From assembly GCA_022567305.1 (NCBI GenBank), contig JADFHF010000004.1:40623-104622 (forward strand): a stretch of DNA of 64,000 bases, written 5' to 3'. The stretch's first letter is position 1, and each line of letters starts with the position of its first letter. Positions 58,801-64,000 of this stretch are shown piece by piece. The position numbers and the translations under genes were made by a program. The DNA comes from Bacteroidota bacterium. Its GTDB lineage: Bacteria > Bacteroidota > Rhodothermia > Rhodothermales > UBA10348. The notes beneath the pieces were generated by a model, which was given only the letters and a program-made list of their open reading frames with translations, searched no databases and was not told the DNA's origin.

Positions 58801-59252
58801 TGGGAGACGCTGTCGACGACTTTTACGACGACTACGTGGGTGGCTTCTCTGGTGCCCGGGGATATCCGTTCTATGCACTCGGCGGCAATGAGACACTATG
58901 GACGCAGCTCTCGGTTACGTTCCCGATTGCCGCCAGGATTAAGAAACAGATCCTTTTCACATACATAGACAAGATCTACGCTCGAATTTACGGCGATGCA
59001 GCTCTTGCCTGGACGGGCGCCTGGCCGGGATTGAGGAATACCCGAAAAGACGTTGGCGCAGAGATCCGACTCGGTTTGGGTTCGTACTATTTACTCCCAA
59101 CCGCCGTGTTCGTGAGCGCGACGTATGGAATCGACACGTTCGAAATCGATCTGGATGACGGATTTGTGACACCGAGCGGATCGAAATCGGTAATCTACGG
59201 GAACGAACTTCTGTGGCACGTCGGAGTCATGTTTGGATTCGACCTGTTTTAG
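55887..59252 (+). CDS. large outer-membrane protein: HExxH metallopeptidase-like domain + TolB-like beta-propeller + C-terminal beta-barrel
   Basis: ATGA start/stop overlap with the upstream gene. It has a signal peptide and VITHEFTHMVQ. TolB-type repeats are present (FSPDGAKIAYLSNRGED, WHPDGNSIVYA, YSPDGSTIAFVGERDGSANLF, SPAFDKDNVLYFSSDRTG). The last ~450 aa show an alternating beta-strand pattern ending in ...GFDLF (terminal Phe). Confidence 0.55.
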   Translation: MRPSALQNIAWKALRSLSVACLLVFAGPTRAQVSPAFYDYVRSDLDWYTIETEHFLIHFHADESGLGSNRSARVVSQIAEDIYAPITSLYNYEPDTKVSFVLKDFEDYSNGAAYFFDNIIEIWAPALDTPFRGSHHWLRNVITHEFTHMVQVQKSMKGSRRVPFYYLQLLDYEEVRRPDVLYGYPNVIATYPIPILNNPAWLAEGTAQYQRHWMDYDHWDTHRDMLLRTRILAGKELSLADMGGFYSHTSLMREGVYNQGFAFTTYIANRFGEEALNSVTEQLGKWSNWNFESAAKDALGIAGDQLYEEWITSLRRAYLAGTEEIRSQASSGSVLIEEGFSNFYPRFSPDGAKIAYLSNRGEDYSRTRIHLLDLDARSETVLELPGANRPITSGLTCSFGYALTKPATGAIDWHPDGNSIVYARIRDTEFGHLYSDLYSIEISTKTETRLTSELRARSPSYSPDGSTIAFVGERDGSANLFLLDVKTKNVSPVTRYQDGTQISEPAWHPEGDWIYFGWARDGTRDIFRIRSNGEEMESVVADPAADDRSPAFDKDNVLYFSSDRTGIYNLYRNSGKVEPTEQLTNELGGAFTPHLSHTGHVVYARYEATGYQIALLTDPSDLPAASRGIAYSPPATTKKIDSSPPEGLHVDPIDFDSGIRPFPASSFEHSAELRPYDDVFTSFSFLPVLRLDQYVSRQRSRTEVRLKDRSRAETLWRNLKFGMYTTSREILGGLSMFGGVLIAPGSTSPGSLGDFFNPSNLLDLERDLFLQFDYNKGIGLVKARWSPQISLELFNIRRNVEKGLAIDEFPCTACYPDTTLVDLSYNLWEVNLSARSKINRSLLIEAGYRYSPYQVTTERFFSKELRGAVPESSSKYFIGHGPRIKAYFESFHSYRDADVVPHGLRVEAGFELEQGKLLERFTIENGFLRPIYEKSQIFRYTFDGRVGYRITESGHGRGALGVGFRFKHSSILGDAVDDFYDDYVGGFSGARGYPFYALGGNETLWTQLSVTFPIAARIKKQILFTYIDKIYARIYGDAALAWTGAWPGLRNTRKDVGAEIRLGLGSYYLLPTAVFVSATYGIDTFEIDLDDGFVTPSGSKSVIYGNELLWHVGVMFGFDLF

Positions 59253-59276
59253 TTCAGAAAGCTTAAACGGAATGAG

Positions 59277-59939
59277 ATGGGTACAGGAATGGTCATAGGA
59301 ATGTCGATCGTGATGATTCTCATTGGCGTCCTATTTCTCTATTTGTTACTGAAAGGAAAGAAAGCCGGTCAGCCGCGGGATCAACTGGAAGTGATAGGGG
59401 CAGCGCTTTCTGGTCTTCTCGTAATTTCGGCGCTCGCCCTTATGGTCATGGCGACGAAGTCATCGACTCCTCGATCTATGGCTGTTGAGGAGCGGCCACC
59501 GGTCATCGAAGACATCACACTCGAAGTCCCTGCCAGCGATTTTTCGTTTACGGGACTTCACGACGACGCGGAATATTCTCTTTCGGATTTCAAAGGGAAT
59601 GTCGTCCTGATCAATTTTTGGGCGACGTGGTGCGTGCCCTGCCTGATTGAAATTCCGGACCTGAATCGGCTCCAGGAAAAGTATCGGGATCAGGGTCTTG
59701 TGATCGTTTCCATCTCGGATGAGGAGAAAGAACTATTACTGGAGTTCGAGAAACGACTCCCCATGGTTACGACCAGGATGCGATTTCCCGAGCTCGTTCG
59801 TCTTCCATCTCCGTTTACGGGTGCTCTCGAAATCCGCCCATCGAGCTTTATCATTGACCGAGAAGGAACGGTTCGCAGGTATCTATTGGGTGCACGCTCA
59901 TATGGCTTTTTTGAGCGAGTGATCACTCCTTTCTTGTAG
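59277..59939 (+). CDS. membrane-anchored TlpA/ResA-family thiol:disulfide oxidoreductase
   Basis: N-terminal TM segments and INFWATWCVPC (CxxC thioredoxin motif). Confidence 0.8.
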   Translation: MGTGMVIGMSIVMILIGVLFLYLLLKGKKAGQPRDQLEVIGAALSGLLVISALALMVMATKSSTPRSMAVEERPPVIEDITLEVPASDFSFTGLHDDAEYSLSDFKGNVVLINFWATWCVPCLIEIPDLNRLQEKYRDQGLVIVSISDEEKELLLEFEKRLPMVTTRMRFPELVRLPSPFTGALEIRPSSFIIDREGTVRRYLLGARSYGFFERVITPFL

Positions 59940-59963
59940 ATCTGGGGAAATCCGGTCGATCAG

Positions 59964-61001
59964 GTGAAGCAGAACACTAGCGTCTTTTCAACTCTTTCAG
60001 CAAAAGTCGCTGTACTTGCCGTCACCGTAGTTATTGTGTTTTCAGGCCGTCCTGGATTTGTGCTAGCCGTGTGTGACGAGAATCCAGAGGAGTGTTTGCA
60101 CCAACGATCGCGCGCGTCCATTCGAGCCTTCCTGCTTTACCGTTCAACAGGGGCATCCGAGTCGTACCTAGTAAGAAGAAGCAGCTTCGGTAGTAGAAGT
60201 ATACCACTGGCATTCGGGATGTCTGCGATTCTACCGGGCGCCGGGCAGGCATACAATGGTCACTGGACCAAGGCCGTGATCGGCGTGGCCCTCGAAGCCA
60301 CAGCGATCGCTATTTGGGCTACGTCCAGATCAAATGGCCTGGATGCTGAGGATGATTTTAGAGCGTTCGCCGATCGGGACTGGGCGCCAGACAAGTATGC
60401 AGCGTGGATCAATGATTACTCCGATTTCCTGGAAGCCGAGCATGGGGCAAATATCTCCGCACCTTCAGTTTCTATCGTTTCCGACGTTGACTTTCAGAAT
60501 CCGAATTCCTGGACCAGCCAGGAGCGATCTGCCATCTTCCAAATGTTCAGTCAAATACAAACCGTAGAAAGGGAGCTATTTCATCCCGAGACGGGCGCCA
60601 CGTTCTCCCATCGAATTCCAAATTTCGGTGAGCAGCAGTATTATGAATTGATCGGTAAGTACTTTCAATTTGCTCCGGGATGGAACGATTATCCCGAATG
60701 GATCGATGAAAACGGGAATTTTACGGCAGCGATCGACCCGGAAATGTCAGGTTCGGGAAATACGAAGCCCAATGTATCCGACAATTTCTATGCTTATGCC
60801 CACGATCACGCGGACGCCCAGGATCTTCTAAGAAGGGCGTCGCAGGTTTCTCTTATCGTGATTGCCAATCACGTGGTGGCGGCCATTGACGCCGCTGTGA
60901 GCGCCAAACTTCACAATGACAGGATCTCCACAAGCATGGGCATTTCTTACTCTTTGGAGGGTGATCCCGTACCTTTCGCGTCGATTCGCTATCGTCTTTG
61001 A
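59964..61001 (+). CDS. hypothetical membrane-associated protein (DUF5683-like segment)
   Basis: GTG start with a signal/anchor. ...SAILPGAGQAYNGHWTKAVIGVALEATAIAIW... resembles the DUF5683 core as I recall it. The rest is unassigned. Confidence 0.45.
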   Translation: MKQNTSVFSTLSAKVAVLAVTVVIVFSGRPGFVLAVCDENPEECLHQRSRASIRAFLLYRSTGASESYLVRRSSFGSRSIPLAFGMSAILPGAGQAYNGHWTKAVIGVALEATAIAIWATSRSNGLDAEDDFRAFADRDWAPDKYAAWINDYSDFLEAEHGANISAPSVSIVSDVDFQNPNSWTSQERSAIFQMFSQIQTVERELFHPETGATFSHRIPNFGEQQYYELIGKYFQFAPGWNDYPEWIDENGNFTAAIDPEMSGSGNTKPNVSDNFYAYAHDHADAQDLLRRASQVSLIVIANHVVAAIDAAVSAKLHNDRISTSMGISYSLEGDPVPFASIRYRL

Positions 61002-61147
61002 ATCGGTCTCGTTGTTCCCTACGGATCGATCTGATAACTTGACATGTTAGCTCTGTAAGACGTTCTTACGGTGCGCTGTCGCTGCGGCAGACATTCGGGC
61101 ACGTTTTTTCAGTGCCACCTGCTATCAACCGTCAATTCCTACGCTCT

Positions 61148-62461
61148 ATGTCCTGGCATAAAAAACTCCATTGGCAGATCATGATCGGCCTGGTTTTGGG
61201 CCTTATTTACGGTGTAATTGCGGCGGCGGCTGGCTGGGGCGATTTCACATCAGATTGGATCGCTCCATTCGGACAGATCTTCCTGAATCTCCTCAAATTG
61301 ATTGCCGTGCCTCTGATTTTGGCTTCTCTGATTACAGGTGTGGCCTCCCTGTCGGATATGAAGAAGCTTTCCCGGATCGGAGGAAAGACGATTGGCATTT
61401 ATATAGGGACGACACTGATAGCCCTGGTTATTGGCTTGGTTCTGGTGAATGTCCTTCAGCCTGGATCGTCCGTACCGCCGGAGATGAGAGAGAAGCTGGA
61501 GGCCACGTATCAGGACGACGTGGAGACGCGAACCCTGTCCGCAGAAGACATCGCCGAAAATAGCCCGCTGCAGCCCATCGTCGATATGGTGCCCGATAAC
61601 ATCTTCTCGGCCACGACGCGCAACCGAGATATGCTAAAAGTGGTCTTCTTTGCAATCTTCGCGGGAATCGCGATTCTAATGATTCCGGGTGGGAAAGGAC
61701 AACCACTGCTCGATTTTTTCTCAGCCATCAATGAGATGGTGATCAAGATGGTTCAGATCATCATGTACATGGCTCCAGTGGGTGTGTTCGCACTTCTGGC
61801 CGATGTGATTACGTCAGTTGCCGGGGATGACCTCAGAGCAATTCTGGAATTGATCTCGGCGCTGGGGTTTTACAGTATTACAGTTCTGATGGGGCTCTTT
61901 CTTCACATGAGCATCACGTACACGGGCCTCATAAAATTTATGACACCGCTAAGGGTGCGAGATTTTTATCGCGCTCTCGTGCCCGTTCAGCTGGTGGCAT
62001 TTTCCACGTCCTCCAGCGGCGCTACGCTCCCAGTAACGATGGAAACCTGCGAAAAGGAGATTGGCGTATCCGAAGAAGTTTCGTCTTTTGTTCTACCGCT
62101 CGGAGCGACCATCAATATGGATGGAACCGCTCTCTATCAGGCTATCGCCGCCGTGTTTATTGCTCAGACCATCGGGATGGATCTCGGACTGGGCGCCCAG
62201 CTCACGATTGTCTTTACGGCGCTGCTGGCTTCCATCGGAACGGCAGCGGTCCCGGGAGCTGGCATCGTGATGCTGATCATTATCCTGGAAGCGGTCGGTG
62301 TACCAGCCGCAGGAATCGGGCTCATCCTGGGCGTCGATCGAATTCTTGACATGTGCCGAACCGTTACGAACGTAACCGGTGATGCGGCGGTCGCCACCAT
62401 CATCGCGGCAAGTGAGGGGGAGCTCAAACTTGCTCCCGTCACCGGAGCGGTCTCATCCTGA
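61148..62461 (+). CDS. dicarboxylate/amino acid:cation symporter (DAACS, GltP-like)
   Basis: Start taken at MSWHKKLHWQIMIGLVLG. Contains ...FSTSSSGATLPVTM... and ...LGATINMDGTALYQ..., which are DAACS hairpin motifs. Confidence 0.85.
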   Translation: MSWHKKLHWQIMIGLVLGLIYGVIAAAAGWGDFTSDWIAPFGQIFLNLLKLIAVPLILASLITGVASLSDMKKLSRIGGKTIGIYIGTTLIALVIGLVLVNVLQPGSSVPPEMREKLEATYQDDVETRTLSAEDIAENSPLQPIVDMVPDNIFSATTRNRDMLKVVFFAIFAGIAILMIPGGKGQPLLDFFSAINEMVIKMVQIIMYMAPVGVFALLADVITSVAGDDLRAILELISALGFYSITVLMGLFLHMSITYTGLIKFMTPLRVRDFYRALVPVQLVAFSTSSSGATLPVTMETCEKEIGVSEEVSSFVLPLGATINMDGTALYQAIAAVFIAQTIGMDLGLGAQLTIVFTALLASIGTAAVPGAGIVMLIIILEAVGVPAAGIGLILGVDRILDMCRTVTNVTGDAAVATIIAASEGELKLAPVTGAVSS

Positions 62462-62574
62462 ATCTGGCGTGTTTTCGATATTTGAGACAGATCTGACCCG
62501 ATTTCTCAAAATGAAAAATCGTCCATACGTCCATTTTTTGCTTTTTTGCGCAGCATATCTCCATAATTCACAGT

Positions 62575-63115
62575 TTGGCATCATATTCGAGTAAGCACGT
62601 GACAGTTCATTGCTTTGTTGTCACGTATTTGGGTTACGTAACTCGCTGAATCAGAACGCTGATTCCCCATCGAGACGCTTGATCCACCCTCAACGCCACC
62701 CTCTGGCTTCGGAAACGGTTCCCTCACTGTAAAACCCGCCCTCACGGGTTTCGAAACCGTATTGATTCACACGCCCCTCAAGTGTGAATCATTTAGGCAG
62801 CGATTGTCCCTGACAAATCCCCCTCACGCTTGCTTCCAACCCTCAAGGAAGCCAGCGCTTGTCAGGGCTTGAACTTGAATCGTAAGCGTAACGCTTGCGG
62901 TCAGTATCGAGAGATACCCCTTTAGGAACTTCTCCTATTCCAGGAAGCACCAACCCCCGATATGAATTCGTGAATACGGTCATCGCGGTATAGACCCTCA
63001 TTCTTATACACGCGGCTGCAGCAACAGCAGCGCACGATTTCATCTCTTCTGGAATAGGAGCGGTTCCGTTCTTCAGGGTGAAATGTGGCATTCAGGCTGA
63101 TCAATCCAGACCCCT
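62575..63115. ncRNA. candidate structured non-coding RNA (unclassified): hairpin array with 7 x CCCTCA; strand unresolved, with weak evidence for +
   Basis: There is no credible ORF, at least 10 hairpins and one long-range 15-bp helix. The hexamer is strongly over-represented and sits mostly in loops. See the first finding for coordinates. Confidence 0.35.
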
Positions 63116-63123
63116 TGCTCCCG

Positions 63124-63161
63124 AAGCAAAAACGCCCCGCCATTGAAAAATGACGAGGCGT
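63124..63161 (-). terminator. rho-independent terminator downstream of tRNA-Arg
   Basis: On the minus strand, ACGCCTCGTCA-TTTTTCAA-TGGCGGGGCGT forms an 11-bp stem with two G.U pairs, followed by TTTTGCTT. The G.U pairs become A/C mismatches on the plus strand. Confidence 0.7.
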
Positions 63162-63178
63162 CTGCAGCTCTCGAGCTG

Positions 63179-63252
63179 CGCGCTTGAGAGGATTCGAACC
63201 CCCGGCCTCTGGAACCGGAATCCAGCGCTCTATCCAACTGAGCTACAAGCGC
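63179..63252 (-). tRNA. tRNA-Arg (anticodon CCG)
   Basis: The reverse complement is GCGCTTGTAGCTCAGTTGGATAGAGCGCTGGATTCCGGTTCCAGAGGCCGGGGGTTCGAATCCTCTCAAGCGCG. It folds as a cloverleaf with a 7-bp acceptor stem, anticodon loop TTCCGGT and T-loop GGTTCGAATCC. No CCA is encoded. Confidence 0.9.
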
Positions 63253-63438
63253 TAACGGTGCGCAATATACCCACTGGTGACACGCGTCGCCAGGGTGGGA
63301 GAGTCCCACTCAGACGCGAAGTAAACGAGTTGGACCCAATCCCCGACCCACGTTGAAAAACGACTCGAAAGTTGATAGCAGAACTAGATCGTGTGAGGCG
63401 CCTGTCTCATACGATTCTGTGTTAATGACGGATACCAT

Positions 63439-64000
63439 ATGACCGACGCTGCCCTTATAAAGAAATTCAAGGTCGATCCTGCCGCCGGCTATTCTGCACT
63501 GCTCGATCGCTACACGCCGATTATTCTGCGAATGATTCGTCGTTTCCTCTCCGATCCGGACGAGGTCATGGAGACGTATACGTCCATTTGTGAACGGCTC
63601 CGTCAGAAAAATTTTCAGGCTCTCCGACGATTCCGCATCAACAGTGACCTTACTCCTTGGTTGAGCGTCGTTGTGGCCAATGCCTGTCGTGACCTGTTTC
63701 GTAGAAATCGCATGATCTCCATCCCCAAGTCCGTGATCAGTCGGCTGAATGAACGGGAGAAACTGATTTTCAAATATTATTTCCAGGACCACGTACCACA
63801 GTCGGAGATCCCGGAAACCATTGAAGGCCGTCACGGCATGCCGTGCTCTTCCATCGACGTTGCGAGGGCCATCGAACGAATTGACCGGATGCTATCCGTC
63901 AACAAACGATGGCATCTCCTGGCCGCACTGGGTGCCAATAGACCAACCCTTTCCCTGGATGATTCGTCTGATTCAGGCGGAACGATTCTCGACCAGCTAC
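63439..64000 (+). CDS. ECF-type sigma-70 family factor; 3' end runs off the right window edge
   Basis: Absent from the ORF track because there is no stop in the window. Hand translation gives MTDAALIKKFKVDPAAGYSALLDRYTPIILRMIRRFLSDPDEVMETY... Region 2-like: ...LTPWLSVVVANACRDLFRRN... Region 4-like: ...LNEREKLIFKYYFQDHVPQSEIPETI... Confidence 0.75.
   Translation, partial: MTDAALIKKFKVDPAAGYSALLDRYTPIILRMIRRFLSDPDEVMETYTSICERLRQKNFQALRRFRINSDLTPWLSVVVANACRDLFRRNRMISIPKSVISRLNEREKLIFKYYFQDHVPQSEIPETIEGRHGMPCSSIDVARAIERIDRMLSVNKRWHLLAALGANRPTLSLDDSSDSGGTILDQL

Noticed and set aside
62511-62594. 27-aa ORF MKNRPYVHFLLFCAAYLHNSQFGIIFE after the DAACS gene
   Set aside because: It is very short, has no ribosome-binding signal, and overlaps the T-rich stretch and promoter-like hexamers. 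It is more likely non-coding.
62680-62870. G-quadruplex formation by the minus-strand GGG runs of the UGAGGG motifs
   Set aside because: The G-tracts are mostly separated by long spacers that are themselves locked in hairpins. A canonical G3+N1-7 pattern is not met for four consecutive tracts.
62590-63115. Interpretation of the hairpin block as RNase P RNA, tmRNA, 6S RNA, SRP RNA, a riboswitch or a CRISPR array
   Set aside because: It has no GGAAAGTCCGG / ACAGAACCCGGCTTA-type RNase P cores. It has no tRNA-like 3' end or tag ORF for tmRNA. I recognise no riboswitch cores. The hairpins are different sequences, not identical direct repeats with spacers, so it is not a CRISPR array.
63150-63356. 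68-aa plus-strand ORF
   Set aside because: It runs straight across the tRNA-Arg gene and its terminator.
63310-63834. 174-aa minus-strand ORF near the right edge
   Set aside because: It is antisense to the plus-strand reading frame, which has clear sigma-70 region 2/region 4 features and is missing from the track only because it has no in-window stop.

Overview
This is a 64-kb chromosomal segment with about 50 protein genes, one tRNA and several ORF-free blocks. The gene content includes T9SS porU/porV, ExbB/ExbD, and DUF4293- and DUF5683-like membrane proteins. It also carries the unusual complex-I operon nuoJ-K-L-M-nhaD-pcd-nuoN, an arrangement I recall from Rhodothermus marinus. Together these suggest a Rhodothermales/Balneolales-like member of the FCB/Bacteroidota group; this is inference only. 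Most of the window is housekeeping: the complex I membrane arm, acs, pckA, glyQS, rho, nadA, rnhB, polX, ctp, an IDH-type dehydrogenase and pabBC. Two genes run off the window edges and are missing from the ORF track: nuoN (1-1154, minus) and an ECF-type sigma factor (63439-64000, plus). The items most worth a second look are:
(1) An ORF-free, hairpin-dense ~0.55-kb block at 62.58-63.12 kb. It carries seven CCCTCA (UGAGGG on the other strand) hexamers, mostly in hairpin loops, and is a candidate large structured or titrating ncRNA.
(2) The porU-porV cluster, followed by two translationally coupled giant proteins plus TlpA and DUF5683-like genes. The first is an M6-like protein that has lost HExxH and keeps a T9SS C-terminal domain. 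The second combines HExxH, a TolB-like propeller and a beta-barrel.
(3) An operon with overlapping start and stop codons: alpha/beta hydrolase, membrane-anchored MurF-like ligase, rnhB, GT2.
(4) The 17.9-21.3 kb accessory-looking region. It holds two paralogous ~89-nt non-coding elements, two near-identical ECF-type promoter-like boxes in front of an orphan LuxR-type response regulator and a STAS protein, a Tat lipoprotein with three HxH motifs, decayed gene remnants, and an AT-rich peroxiredoxin gene that looks foreign.
(5) A sensor kinase-like gene interrupted by one in-frame TAA and lacking any ATPase domain.
(6) A penicillin-acylase-like protein that appears to lack the Ser nucleophile.
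No CRISPR array, transposase or recognisable defence system was seen. All calls come from reading the sequence and translations by eye; no searches were run.
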